Assembly: GCA_049325535.1 (NCBI GenBank)
Contig: JBMOKY010000001.1
Location: forward strand, 93,002-157,001
Direction of reading: 5' to 3'
Source: Patescibacteria group bacterium
Lineage (GTDB): Bacteria > Patescibacteriota > Patescibacteriia > UBA10025 > JAHIVO01
DNA: 64,000 nt
The translations under genes and the position numbers were made by a program. Position 1 is the first letter of the stretch, and each line of letters starts with the position of its first letter. A model generated the notes under the pieces. That model had not been told where the DNA came from, did not search any database, and worked only from the letters and a program-made list of their open reading frames with translations. Shown here piece after piece: positions 10,000 to 19,285 of the stretch.

Positions 10000-10398
10000 T
10001 TACTTTATCTGCCCGAGTACGCGCCGGTTTTCCGGGCGCGGCGGCCGCGGCCAGGTCCTCGGTGTGCGTTGGGCGGCGCCGGCGGATTGGTGGGCCGGGG
10101 CAAAAACCTTCCAGCCGGTCGGATTTACGATCAGCGTTTCGCTGCCGACGCGGAACGGTTTGACGCCGTACTCCTTGCCCGGGTGGGCGACATTGGTCCG
10201 CATCCGTTCGTGCTCCAGGGTGTGGACCCGGATGGTAAACGACCGATTGGGGTCATGCGGATGCTGGATGACCAGCGCGTTTCGGGTACCGAAGGGATGC
10301 TCGGTTACCTCGATGCCGATGATGATGTCGTGCTCGTCATGCGCGGGGTAGGTAGCGAAAACGTTTCCGACGGGCACGAGTTTTTCATCGTGAGCCAT
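10000..10398 (-). CDS. Small beta-barrel protein (EF-Tu domain II / U32 C-terminal-like), paralog 1
   Basis: VPVGNVF...IGIEV...TLEHERMRTNVAHPGKEYGVK; AGGAGGTG SD; similar to the two neighbouring ORFs. Confidence 0.65.
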   Translation of the reverse strand: MAHDEKLVPVGNVFATYPAHDEHDIIIGIEVTEHPFGTRNALVIQHPHDPNRSFTIRVHTLEHERMRTNVAHPGKEYGVKPFRVGSETLIVNPTGWKVFAPAHQSAGAAQRTPRTWPRPPRPENRRVLGQIK

Positions 10399-10459
10399 GG
10401 GACACCTCCTGTGTGGTTGTTGGTTTTTTTGACGTTCTGTTTGTGGGGACTTTTGATTT

Positions 10460-10495
10460 CCGTTTACTCTATCATGGAAATGTTTGTTGTCAAAT
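10460..10495 (-). promoter_or_regulatory. Promoter of paralog 1 (duplicated at 11051-11086)
   Basis: TTGACA-N16-TAGAGT with TG extension; + strand ccgtttactctatcatgg-N10-tgtcaaat. Confidence 0.6.
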
Positions 10496-10591
10496 CATGT
10501 CGGCGGAATTGTATGAGCGCGACACAAAAAAGAACGCGTCAGTTGAGGTTGCTGACGCGTTTTCATTGGTTGGTACGGCCAGGATGGCCGT

Positions 10592-10993
10592 TTACTGGGT
10601 GGTGAAGTGGTCGGACGACCGTCTGGAGGCGGCGAGCTCAAGGTCGCGGAATTTGGGAGGGCGGGGTGAGATCACCTGTTCAGCGGTCTCAGCAGCATCG
10701 GCGTGATGCTTGTCGACGAACACAAGGGTTGATTCATCGACGGCGAAATCGTCGGGGAGCGGGTGCGCCGTTTTTATGGCGCAACTGTTGCCGGGTTTGG
10801 CCACGTTTGTCCGGTTGCGGTTGATCTCGATGGTCGAAACCTTTACCGTAATGTGCCGTTCTCCATTGGCCAGCACCAGCTCTTCATGCGGCACGAATCC
10901 ATGGCTTCCCACATTGATCCCGAAATACGGACCGTATTTGCCCGGAAAGACCCGGAATACGTGGCCGACGGGAACAAGATTTCCATTGGCCAT
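10592..10993 (-). CDS. Small beta-barrel protein, paralog 2
   Basis: LVPVGHVF...FGINV...STIEINRNRTNVAKPGNSCAIK; AGGAGGTG SD. Confidence 0.65.
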   Translation of the reverse strand: MANGNLVPVGHVFRVFPGKYGPYFGINVGSHGFVPHEELVLANGERHITVKVSTIEINRNRTNVAKPGNSCAIKTAHPLPDDFAVDESTLVFVDKHHADAAETAEQVISPRPPKFRDLELAASRRSSDHFTTQ

Positions 10994-11050
10994 ACGACAC
11001 CTCCTGTGTTGGATTGTGATTGGTGTGCTATTTCTAGCGGGGTTTATTTG

Positions 11051-11086
11051 CCGTTTACTTTATCATGGGGACATGCGCTGTCAAAT
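11051..11086 (-). promoter_or_regulatory. Promoter of paralog 2 (duplicate of 10460-10495)
   Basis: TTGACA-N16-TAAAGT; + strand ccgtttactttatcatgg-N10-tgtcaaat. Confidence 0.6.
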
Positions 11087-11185
11087 GTATTGTGAGTGGT
11101 ATATCGACCACGTATCGACCGCCGTGAAATAAAAAAGGCGTATCAACGAGGGGCGTTGATACGCCGAAGCGATCGGCAGGACTGC

Positions 11186-11476
11186 TCAGGCACGGAAGAT
11201 GAGCATGCCGTGGTGGAACTCGGCGGCGTCCTGGACCTGGATGGAGCATTTTTCTCCGCGGTTGACCCTCTTGCGGGGCCGCCGGTTTACCTGGATCGAA
11301 GACGCGGTGACGGTCTGGTCAGTATGTGTCCGCCGTCCACTCTCGAAGAGCAGCGTCTGGCCCTGCTCTACCCGATGCCGGACGCGCACGCCGACACAGT
11401 TGAGTTCGTGGAAAATTCTGATAACCTTCCCCACCTCGGACCGTATCCGCGTCGTATCAGATTGATTACCAGCCAT
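11186..11476 (-). CDS. Small beta-barrel protein, paralog 3
   Basis: EVGKVIRIFHELNCVGV...SSIQVNRRPRKRVNRGEKCSIQV; AGGAGG SD; TTGACG-N17-TACGGT at 11527-11555. Confidence 0.65.
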   Translation of the reverse strand: MAGNQSDTTRIRSEVGKVIRIFHELNCVGVRVRHRVEQGQTLLFESGRRTHTDQTVTASSIQVNRRPRKRVNRGEKCSIQVQDAAEFHHGMLIFRA

Positions 11477-11565
11477 CGTACCTCCTGGAAAATTTTTTGG
11501 TATTTAAAAACAACGGTTTCGCAACAACCGTACGCTTTTACTGGTAGGGCGTCAAGTCCAGGTAG

Positions 11566-12255
11566 TTACCAACCCTTCGCCGCGAGCGCATTCTCCGCCG
11601 CGGCTACTTGTGCTTCCTGTTTTGACGTCCCCTCGCCTTGGGCGATCATCTCCCCGCCGAGATAGACACCGATCACGAATTTTTTCGCGTGATCCGGGCC
11701 GCTTTCTTCCAGCACGGTGTAGTGCGGGGTGATACCCATGCGATCCTGACTGGCCTCCTGAAAGCGGCTCTTCGGGTCGATATAGAGTTTATGTTTCAGG
11801 ATATCGTCGAGCCGGGACAGGACGTGGTCAGCGATAAATTGCTTGGCAACGTCCCAGCCTTGGTCGAGATAGATAGCGCCGATGATAGCCTCGAACGCAT
11901 TGGCCAGAATGTAGGAACGGGCCTTGGCATTTGCGTCTTTTGCCTCGCCTCGTGACAGGTGGAGGTATTCGTAGATGTGGAATGTTTCGGCAATATCCGA
12001 AAGCGTTTTGGCATTGACCATGGCGGCCCGCCAGTTGGTCAGCTCGCCTTCCGGATTATCAAAATGAAGGTAGAGGTATTCGGTGACCACGAGCTCCAAT
12101 ACGGCATCGCCCAGGAATTCCAGACGCTCATTGTGCCCCAGCGGAAAATTCCGGTTTTCATTAAGAAACGACCGGTGCACCAGCGCCTGTCGGAGGATAT
12201 CCTTATTGATGAATGTTATCTTGAGGGACTGTTCAAGTGATGTGGAGTCATGCAT
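11566..12255 (-). CDS. rnc: Ribonuclease III
   Basis: HNERLEFLGDAVLEL signature; C-terminal dsRBD. Confidence 0.98.
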   Translation of the reverse strand: MHDSTSLEQSLKITFINKDILRQALVHRSFLNENRNFPLGHNERLEFLGDAVLELVVTEYLYLHFDNPEGELTNWRAAMVNAKTLSDIAETFHIYEYLHLSRGEAKDANAKARSYILANAFEAIIGAIYLDQGWDVAKQFIADHVLSRLDDILKHKLYIDPKSRFQEASQDRMGITPHYTVLEESGPDHAKKFVIGVYLGGEMIAQGEGTSKQEAQVAAAENALAAKGW

Positions 12256-12290
12256 ATCCTGCTGACAACCATCTCAAACCAATGCTCGCC

Positions 12291-12797
12291 TTATGCGGTC
12301 GGCGGAGCGCTCGTTTCAGATGATGGATTAATCGGTTGGTGGGGCTGACCGGTCGGTTCGCTGATGGCCGTCTCGCCTTGCGCCACCATGTCTTTATAAA
12401 TACTTCCCAGGACGCCATTGATGAATTTGCCAGAGGACTCACCGCCAAATGTTTTGGCTAATTCAATAGCTTCATTGATGGCGACTTTGGGCGGGATTTC
12501 TCCTTTTGAGAATTTCAATTCATAAATGCCGATGCGGAGCACGTTTCGGTCGACGACGGTGATTTGTTCCAGTGGCCATTCGGGAGCGTAGGTGGTGATG
12601 AGGGCGTTGATGTCATCTATATTATTGATGACGCCTTTGATGATGTGTTGGGCAAAGCCATTATCATTGAAATCCGGAGCAAATGATTTCATATTTTCCT
12701 CGGCGAGCGTCGAAAGCGCCTGTGCGTCGAGTTTATTAAAATCCCACTCATACAATGACTGCATGGCGATGGTTCGGGAGAGGTGACGGTTTGACAT
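12291..12797 (-). CDS. nusB: Transcription antitermination factor NusB
   Basis: [16 protein letters not shown]; [17 protein letters not shown]; KFINGVLG. Confidence 0.97.
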   Translation of the reverse strand: MSNRHLSRTIAMQSLYEWDFNKLDAQALSTLAEENMKSFAPDFNDNGFAQHIIKGVINNIDDINALITTYAPEWPLEQITVVDRNVLRIGIYELKFSKGEIPPKVAINEAIELAKTFGGESSGKFINGVLGSIYKDMVAQGETAISEPTGQPHQPINPSSETSAPPTA

Positions 12798-12802
12798 AGC
12801 CC

Positions 12803-13036
12803 TTAGCGGTTTTTGGCCTTATCGTCTTTTTTCTTAGCCTTCTTTTCTTTGCGGGAGGCTCGTTCGTCGAGCTGCAGCACATCGCGACCCCGATAAAATC
12901 CGTCAAATGGGTTGACGTGGTGGGGCAGGTGTGGTTTGCCGCTCTTCGTTGACGTCGAGAGAGTCAGCCGGGTAATCCCGTGGTGGGACCGTCGTTCGCG
13001 TTTTTGTTGTTTGGATCGTTTTTTTGCTTGTACCAT
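12803..13036 (-). CDS. rpmF: 50S ribosomal protein L32 (Cys-less type)
   Basis: KKRSK..KRERRSH...PHHV....GFYRGRDVL; rpmF-nusB-rnc context. Confidence 0.85.
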   Translation of the reverse strand: MVQAKKRSKQQKRERRSHHGITRLTLSTSTKSGKPHLPHHVNPFDGFYRGRDVLQLDERASRKEKKAKKKDDKAKNR

Positions 13037-13075
13037 ATGGGTATTCGATTATTAGTATACTGTGTATCATAAGTA

Positions 13076-13104
13076 TTGACAAGGGAGCGCATCACATCTA
13101 TACT
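13076..13104 (+). promoter_or_regulatory. Consensus sigma70 promoter
   Basis: TTGACA-N17-TATACT upstream of the receiver gene. Confidence 0.75.
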
Positions 13105-13184
13105 CGCATATCGTCATTGCACGTTGTCAATTTCTCCCTATTTCCTGAAGTGCAACACTCAAAACTCCAGAAAGGAGTGTCTGT

Positions 13185-13559
13185 ATGCAGTCAGTGCGCC
13201 ATGCCTTGGTGGTGGATGACGATGCGCTGCTGCGTGACTTGGTCACGGAGATCGCGGAACTGGAAGGGTTTCAGGTTACGACATGCGTGGACGGCCGTCA
13301 AGCGCTGGAGTATCTCCAGCAGTCTGCCGACGACATTTCACTCGTGGTTACTGATCTGGAAATGCCCTCTATGACCGGGCCGGAGCTCATTCACGCGCTG
13401 CGTGAACAGGGCTTACGGGTGCCGATCATCCTGATGTCCGGGAACCCTCAGAAGCTCAGCCAAGCCACGGCTGATCTGAGTGGATGTACGATCCGTACCA
13501 TCGGGAAACCGTTCCAGCTCGCGGAATTTCGCGAACTCATCACCACCGCGACCGCATAG
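13185..13559 (+). CDS. Single-domain response regulator (receiver only)
   Basis: LVVDDD, VVTDLEMPSMTG, ILMSG, GKPF; AAGGAG SD. Confidence 0.93.
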   Translation: MQSVRHALVVDDDALLRDLVTEIAELEGFQVTTCVDGRQALEYLQQSADDISLVVTDLEMPSMTGPELIHALREQGLRVPIILMSGNPQKLSQATADLSGCTIRTIGKPFQLAEFRELITTATA

Positions 13560-13649
13560 GACGCGGGTCATAGACTGCACATAGGAATCGTGCACAAGGG
13601 AAAGAAGCCGTTCGTTCAACTATTGGATGGACGGTTTTTTATTTTGATT

Positions 13650-13758
13650 TGTCACTTTTTGAGTGACCAAAAAGTGACAGAAAAAGTTACCGGGGGCTCC
13701 TATGCGCCACTGACCAGATACTGCCTGCATGATAGGAGGGGCTTAGAGGATCCCCCGG
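13650..13758. repeat. Palindromic / structured intergenic element
   Basis: Perfect 12-bp inverted repeat tgtcactttttg/caaaaagtgaca, then long interrupted hairpin ccggggg-ctcctat...ataggag...cccccgg. Confidence 0.6.
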
Positions 13759-13885
13759 ACCCCCTGTTTCTAATTTATTTGGAGCAAAGAATTTTAGAAC
13801 TTTACTTCAAGTAAGAAAGGTATATACTGGTGGCGTACCAATGCTGGTACGTGTTTTTCGTTCTTCCAACCATGAGGAGGTGCCG

Positions 13886-13960
13886 ATGCGAACAACCGGC
13901 CTGAATCATGAACCCGGTAACGGTGGTTACCCACTTCGCGGCGACTCAGATGGAGGTTGA
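13886..13960 (+). CDS. Putative micropeptide MRTTGLNHEPGNGGYPLRGDSDGG (24 aa)
   Basis: GAGGAGGT SD a few nt upstream of ATG; candidate promoter TTTACT-N16-TATACT at 13801-13828. Confidence 0.4.
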   Translation: MRTTGLNHEPGNGGYPLRGDSDGG

Positions 13961-13963
13961 TCC

Positions 13964-14026
13964 ATGAAGAGGTTCCTCGGTTCCGGTGTTGGTCCGCGAC
14001 ATTGTGGTGGTGGTGACGAAGCCTAG
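13964..14026 (+). CDS. Putative micropeptide MKRFLGSGVGPRHCGGGDEA (20 aa)
   Basis: GGAGGT SD overlaps the end of the preceding ORF; followed by a terminator. Confidence 0.4.
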   Translation: MKRFLGSGVGPRHCGGGDEA

Positions 14027-14058
14027 TCGCTCAGCTACCCGTGTGGCGGATCAAACAA

Positions 14059-14094
14059 CAGGCGATGTGCGTATGCATGTCGCCTGGATTTTTT
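14059..14094 (+). terminator. Intrinsic terminator
   Basis: caggcga...tcgcctg followed by T-run. Confidence 0.65.
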
Positions 14095-14101
14095 ACTGGG
14101 G

Positions 14102-14166
14102 GATGCCGAAACAAGTTCGGCATGAGGAGGTATATATTGTCCTCATCCTGAACTCGTTTCAGGATC
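14102..14166. repeat. Inverted pair of REP-like palindromes at the GIY-YIG 3' end
   Basis: gatgccgaaacaagttcggcatgagga versus reverse complement gatcctgaaacgagttcaggatgagga; compensatory stem changes. Confidence 0.8.
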
Positions 14167-14457
14167 TCTTTCGGACCACTCTGCTGCCAAATCAACCATC
14201 GCTGGGTTATGTTTGCGCACTAAGTTAAATTTCCAGTCACGGTGCCAGTTCTTCATCTGCTTTTCCCTTTGTACCGCATCCATGAGCATCACAAATTCTT
14301 CATAGTAGACGAGTTTGTTAATTTTGTATCGACTAGTAAATCCGGGTTTAATTTTATTTTTATGTTCCCATACTCGGTATTCTAAATTTCGAGTGACGCC
14401 AATATATAGAACATTATTTCTTTTATTTGTCATTATGTAGACATAATAGGAATACAT
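14143..14457 (-). CDS. GIY-YIG family nuclease
   Basis: YYVYIM...VLYIGVTRNL..RV.EHK...FTSRYKINKLVYYE...A..REKQMK.W.R.WK; AT-rich relative to flanks. Confidence 0.93.
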   Translation of the reverse strand: MYSYYVYIMTNKRNNVLYIGVTRNLEYRVWEHKNKIKPGFTSRYKINKLVYYEEFVMLMDAVQREKQMKNWHRDWKFNLVRKHNPAMVDLAAEWSERDPETSSG

Positions 14458-14512
14458 AAAAACCTTCCTGGTGAAGGGAAGGTTTTTGGTTTTTTAAAAA
14501 GTTGTGGATGAG

Positions 14513-17017
14513 TTACACAAACGTCACGGTGGAGACGCCGTCTTTGTCATCCGAAAGGCGCATCAAGCGGACGCCCTGAGTGGCACGGCCGAGTACGGAG
14601 ACGGTTTTCAGTGGCATGCGGATGACCTGGCCCTTATCGGAAATGACGATCAGGTCTTCTTCGGCCAGTTTGGCATTGACGATGAATGCCGAGACGATGC
14701 GGCCGGTCTTCGGGGTGATTTTAGCGGTTTTGATGCCGCTGCCGCCGCGACCCTGGATGCGATAGTTCGACAGGTTCGAGCGTTTGCCAAATCCTTTTTC
14801 CATGACGACCAGAAGCTGCTCATTCTGGTCGGCTTTGCCTTCATTGATCATATCCATGCCCGAGACTTTGTCATTGCCTTTCAATCGGATCGCCCGGACA
14901 CCAGCGGCGTTGCGGCCCATGGAGCGGAGCTGCTTCTCTCTGAAGCGGATAGCCTGTCCTTGCTCAGTGACGATGATGACGTCGTCTTTGCCGGTCGACG
15001 GCTTGACCCACTCGAGCGTGTCTTGTGTTTTCAGTTTGACGGCTATAAGTCCGGACCGGCGCACTGAGGCGAAATCACTGAGATCAACTTTTTTAATGAC
15101 ACCGTTTTTTGTGGCCATCACCAGGAATTTGAAATCGCCGAGGTCAGCCAGAGACAGGACGGCAGTGATTTTTTCCTCCGGCCCGAGCTGGAGGAAATTG
15201 ACGATGGCCTGACCTTTGGCCGTGCGGGATGCCGGCGGGACGTCGTATGCTTTCAGCTGGAATACTCGTCCTTTGGTGGTGAAGAATAGCAGATCGGCAT
15301 GGGTGGTGGTGGTAATCAGATTATCCACGGTGTCCTGCTCTTTGGTGGTGAGGCCGATGACCCCGCGGCCGCCGCGTTTCTGGACCCGGAATGTTTCTGG
15401 CGGAACCCGCTTGATATAGCCATCACGCGTAATCATGATGACCGTGGCTTCATTCGGGATCAGGTCTTCCTGGGTAAATTCGCCGACCGCGCCGGCGCTT
15501 ACCTGGGTTTTTCGTTCATCACCGTAGGTGTCTCGGATTCCTTTTAGTTCGGATTTGATTACCTCGAGGATGCGTTTGCGCGATGAGAGTATCGATTCTA
15601 ATTCTTTGATCAGTGCCCGTTTTTCTTTGAGTTCTTCCAAAATGCGCAGCCGCTCCAGATTTGCCAACTGGGACAGCTTCATTTCCAGGATGGCTTCAGC
15701 TTGTCGTTCACTGAATTTGAATTTTTTCATCAGGTTGGCCCGCGCTTCATCCTTATCTTTTGATGCTTTGATCACGCGAATGACCGCATCAATATTATCG
15801 ACCGCTTTTTTCAAGCCCTCAAGTATATGGGCGCGATCCTTGGCGCGGTCCAGGTCGAACTGGGTGCGGCGTTTGACGACCACTTCCCGGTGTTTGATGT
15901 ACTCTTCCAGTACGGTCTTCAGATTCAGTACCCGCGGCTGGATGCCGTCCACCAGGGCCAGCATGTTGATATGAAAAGAGGTCTGGAGATTTGTCAGATT
16001 ATACAGGCGGTTGAGGACTTTTTTGGGGTAGGCTTCTTTTTTCAGTTCGATGACGATGCGTACACCGTCCTTGTCCGACTCATCGCGCAGGTCCCGGATG
16101 CCATCGATCCTTTTGTCCTGAACCAGTTTGGCAATCGTTTCAATGAGCGTCGCTTTATTTACCTGATAGGGCATCTCAGTGATGATGATACGGAATTGGC
16201 CACTCTTTTCCTCGACGATGTCGGCCTTTCCACGCATCACGATCGAACCTTTGCCGGTGCCGTAGGCGTGCTCGATATCTTTTTTATTAAATATAATACC
16301 GCCCGTGGGGAAATCCGGACCTTTGATAAATTGCATCAGGTCATTGACGCTTGCCTCCGGGTGGTCGATCAAATATGTGGTACCATCGATGATTTCAGTG
16401 AGATTGTGCGGGGGGATGGAAGTAGCCATGCCGACAGCAATACCCACCGTACCATTGAGGAGCAGATTGGGAAGTTTCGCCGGCAGGACTTGCGGTTCTT
16501 TTTGCGAACCGTCGTAGTTCGGGATGAAATTGACCGTATCTTTTTCGATGTCGAAGAGCAGCTCTTCGGAAATGCGGGAGAGTTTCGCTTCGGTGTAGCG
16601 CATGGCCGCGGCAAAATCGCCATCCATGGAGCCGAAGTTTCCCTGCCCAGACACCAGTGTGTAGCGCATGGCAAACCACTGGGCCATGCGAACCATGGAA
16701 TCATAGACGGCGGAGTCGCCATGGGGGTGATATTTACCTAAGACTTCACCAACCACGGTGGCTGATTTGCGGAATTTTGCCCCGGCTCGGAGGCCGATCG
16801 TCCACATGGCGTAGAGAATGCGTCGATGGACCGGTTTCATACCGTCACGGACGTCGGGCAATGCTCGTGCCACGATGACCGACATGGCATAATCAATGTA
16901 TGAGGATTGCATTTCCTCGATGATGGGCTGGAGCTCTACTCGTCCTCGGTTTGAGGATTGGGCTGCATCCGGCTGTGCCGATACGGGGCTGGCGGGTTGT
17001 TTTTTCTTCGCGGTCAT
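14513..17017 (-). CDS. gyrA: DNA gyrase subunit A
   Basis: [35 protein letters not shown], GyrA-box QKRGGRG. Confidence 0.98.
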   Translation of the reverse strand: MTAKKKQPASPVSAQPDAAQSSNRGRVELQPIIEEMQSSYIDYAMSVIVARALPDVRDGMKPVHRRILYAMWTIGLRAGAKFRKSATVVGEVLGKYHPHGDSAVYDSMVRMAQWFAMRYTLVSGQGNFGSMDGDFAAAMRYTEAKLSRISEELLFDIEKDTVNFIPNYDGSQKEPQVLPAKLPNLLLNGTVGIAVGMATSIPPHNLTEIIDGTTYLIDHPEASVNDLMQFIKGPDFPTGGIIFNKKDIEHAYGTGKGSIVMRGKADIVEEKSGQFRIIITEMPYQVNKATLIETIAKLVQDKRIDGIRDLRDESDKDGVRIVIELKKEAYPKKVLNRLYNLTNLQTSFHINMLALVDGIQPRVLNLKTVLEEYIKHREVVVKRRTQFDLDRAKDRAHILEGLKKAVDNIDAVIRVIKASKDKDEARANLMKKFKFSERQAEAILEMKLSQLANLERLRILEELKEKRALIKELESILSSRKRILEVIKSELKGIRDTYGDERKTQVSAGAVGEFTQEDLIPNEATVIMITRDGYIKRVPPETFRVQKRGGRGVIGLTTKEQDTVDNLITTTTHADLLFFTTKGRVFQLKAYDVPPASRTAKGQAIVNFLQLGPEEKITAVLSLADLGDFKFLVMATKNGVIKKVDLSDFASVRRSGLIAVKLKTQDTLEWVKPSTGKDDVIIVTEQGQAIRFREKQLRSMGRNAAGVRAIRLKGNDKVSGMDMINEGKADQNEQLLVVMEKGFGKRSNLSNYRIQGRGGSGIKTAKITPKTGRIVSAFIVNAKLAEEDLIVISDKGQVIRMPLKTVSVLGRATQGVRLMRLSDDKDGVSTVTFV

Positions 17018-17019
17018 AG

Positions 17020-17469
17020 TTATTGTTTGGTTGGATCTTCGAATTGAGGGAAGACGTGCTCTTCTAAATCCCGAATGCGTTCCTCGCTGGGGGCATTGGT
17101 ATTGGTGGAATCATCGAATGTGTCCTGCAATTTGAGCCAGTCGGTCTGTATGGTTTTGATGAGTCCAGACAGGCTCTGTGAAATTTTACCAAAGAATGAT
17201 GATTGCTGGGTATCGGTCAGCCGGCCATTGCTATAGAGGCCGATCCAGACGATACATATGATGGCAGTGATGATGATGGCACTCGCCCACATCAAAAGTT
17301 CCGACCGGCGGCTGGGTGATTTCGTTTCAGGAGTGGGCAGCGCGTGGGTGGGGATGCTGGTCATCGGTGCGGTAACAGGCGTGGCCGCTGCTGATTTTTT
17401 TGCTGCTGATGGTTTTTTCCGGGTGGGGCGTTTTGCGCGCGGTGCGCTGATGCCATCGACTGGGGTCAT
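17020..17469 (-). CDS. Hypothetical single-pass membrane protein
   Basis: Basic N-terminus, one TM helix; tightly packed between MBL hydrolase and gyrA. Confidence 0.7.
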   Translation of the reverse strand: MTPVDGISAPRAKRPTRKKPSAAKKSAAATPVTAPMTSIPTHALPTPETKSPSRRSELLMWASAIIITAIICIVWIGLYSNGRLTDTQQSSFFGKISQSLSGLIKTIQTDWLKLQDTFDDSTNTNAPSEERIRDLEEHVFPQFEDPTKQ

Positions 17470-17478
17470 AGCAGATGG

Positions 17479-18117
17479 TTAGGGTTTGAGTATGATGACC
17501 TGAGAATCCTCCACCGGCAACTCTTTTTTGGTCAGTCGCAGTTTTTCCAGACTGCCATTTGGAGTGACGCCCATTTCTTTACAAAAGGCGTCCACGCCAG
17601 CGAGTTTTACTTCTTTGAGTCCCGTGATGCGGTAGTGCATGGGGATGATGATGCGCGGCTCTATCTCGTTTACAACTTTCGCCGCGGTTTCCGCGTCGAT
17701 GGTGTAGGTGCCACCCACCGGGATCATCAGGATGTCGACATGGTCCAGGTGTTCGAGCTGGGTATCAGTGAGCATGGCCCCCAGGTCACCGAGATGGGCG
17801 ATACGCATCTCCTCGGCATCGATGGTAAATATCGTATTTACTCCCCGTTCCGCTCCATCCCGGTCGTCATGCCATGAAGTGATACCGCGGATGGCGATTC
17901 CCTTGATTTCGTATTCACCGGGGTTATCGACGATAAATGGTTCACCGGCGACCGCCCCGACATTATTATGGTCGTAGTGATCATGGCTCACGGTGACCAC
18001 ATCAGCGGTGAGGCGGGGCAGTTTCAGTCCCAATTTCGGATCATAAGGGTCAGTGATGACAGTCGCATCCTTGGTTTGAATCTTAAAACATGACTGTCCC
18101 AGCCAAGTGATATACAT
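17479..18117 (-). CDS. MBL-fold metallo-hydrolase
   Basis: ITWLGQSCF, VSHDHYDHN, AHLGDLG, IPVGG, IIIPMHY. Confidence 0.93.
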   Translation of the reverse strand: MYITWLGQSCFKIQTKDATVITDPYDPKLGLKLPRLTADVVTVSHDHYDHNNVGAVAGEPFIVDNPGEYEIKGIAIRGITSWHDDRDGAERGVNTIFTIDAEEMRIAHLGDLGAMLTDTQLEHLDHVDILMIPVGGTYTIDAETAAKVVNEIEPRIIIPMHYRITGLKEVKLAGVDAFCKEMGVTPNGSLEKLRLTKKELPVEDSQVIILKP

Positions 18118-18187
18118 AGGAAAAATATTCTGTTAGTGAGCTTGAGCGTACCACAAAACAGCTCGTTCGTAAAGCGCGGATGGGCCG

Positions 18188-19285
18188 TTAAATCGGCAGC
18201 TCGACTGCGTCGGCCGATGAGGGCGGAGGGGTTGCATTGTCATCGGACTGGCTGCTGAGAGCGGCATCTATCTGCCAGCCGATTTTTCGCTCAAAACTGA
18301 ACTGATCATTGAGCGGCTCCTTCAGATATGCCAGTTTGATGGTGGTGCCGGTGCGGGTATTGTACAGGATACTGGAGAGTTCGGTGAATTGGCCGGATTG
18401 GGAAATGGTACTCCCGACAAACAGGGTGGCACCGGCCCGTTCGGCGACATGCCGGCGGGCGTCGGTGTCGTGGCTTGCCGGAATAGTATCCAGGCGCATC
18501 TGATGCAGCGCGTCCCAGAGTGCCCCGCTGGACAGTACCGGAAATAGGCGGGCGCTGGTCAGTCGCTGGGTGATGAAGTTTGATATTTTTTGGGCCACCA
18601 AGTCGAAACCAGGGATGTGCGGCGTTTGATTTTCCACTGGAAAAATCAGACAGCCGAGTTGGACGGTTTTTTGGCTGGGGCGAGGGACGCTGCCTGGGCT
18701 GGCCGCTTGGTTTGGCGGCGGAGCGCCGATGGTGCTCGGGATGGAGCCGCTCCCGGCGCGCGGCGGCGGGGCGATTGACGATTTTTGTTCGCCGGAATCA
18801 GGAGCGTCTTTCCCTTGTTGCTGTTCTTCGCGCTGGACTTCCTCAGCCCGTTCCCGTTTGTGGAGGGTTTTCATCATTTTTTCCCGGCGTCGCGCCCGGG
18901 ATTGTTCTTCTAGGGTGGGGCCGGTGTCGTGGGGGGTGGCATCGTATTCGGTCTGGCTGGCTTGGCCGTAGACTTTATTCAGGGCGATATCGGAGACGCG
19001 CGGCCTGGTTTCGGTGATGCCCATTTTTTTGGCAAGGCGGCTCATTTTGAACGCGCCGGTGGTTTTGGCATTATCCACTACTTTATTGAAAAACTTTTTT
19101 GCCTGGAATTTGGTCATACTGGCAGCGTCGCCTTTGTACGCAAATTTGCGCAGGTCTTTGTCCTGTTGCATGAATTTTTTCAGCCGGGTTTCACTGACCT
19201 GGTGGCCGTATTTGTCAGTAACCAGGTTTTTGGCTATCTGTCGGGCCGTGCCGAGCTTTATTTTTGGTAGGTTCGCTTTGGGCAT
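18188..19285 (-). CDS. Hypothetical protein: basic N-terminus, Pro-rich linker, C-terminal TolB-N/CsgG/FlgO-like alpha-beta domain
   Basis: ORF from MPKANLP; TGGCAA-N17-TATACT-6nt-ATG suggests a leaderless start; C-terminal pattern IFPVEN...ITQRL...AERAGATLFVGSTI...ILYNTRTG. Confidence 0.65.
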   Translation of the reverse strand: MPKANLPKIKLGTARQIAKNLVTDKYGHQVSETRLKKFMQQDKDLRKFAYKGDAASMTKFQAKKFFNKVVDNAKTTGAFKMSRLAKKMGITETRPRVSDIALNKVYGQASQTEYDATPHDTGPTLEEQSRARRREKMMKTLHKRERAEEVQREEQQQGKDAPDSGEQKSSIAPPPRAGSGSIPSTIGAPPPNQAASPGSVPRPSQKTVQLGCLIFPVENQTPHIPGFDLVAQKISNFITQRLTSARLFPVLSSGALWDALHQMRLDTIPASHDTDARRHVAERAGATLFVGSTISQSGQFTELSSILYNTRTGTTIKLAYLKEPLNDQFSFERKIGWQIDAALSSQSDDNATPPPSSADAVELPI

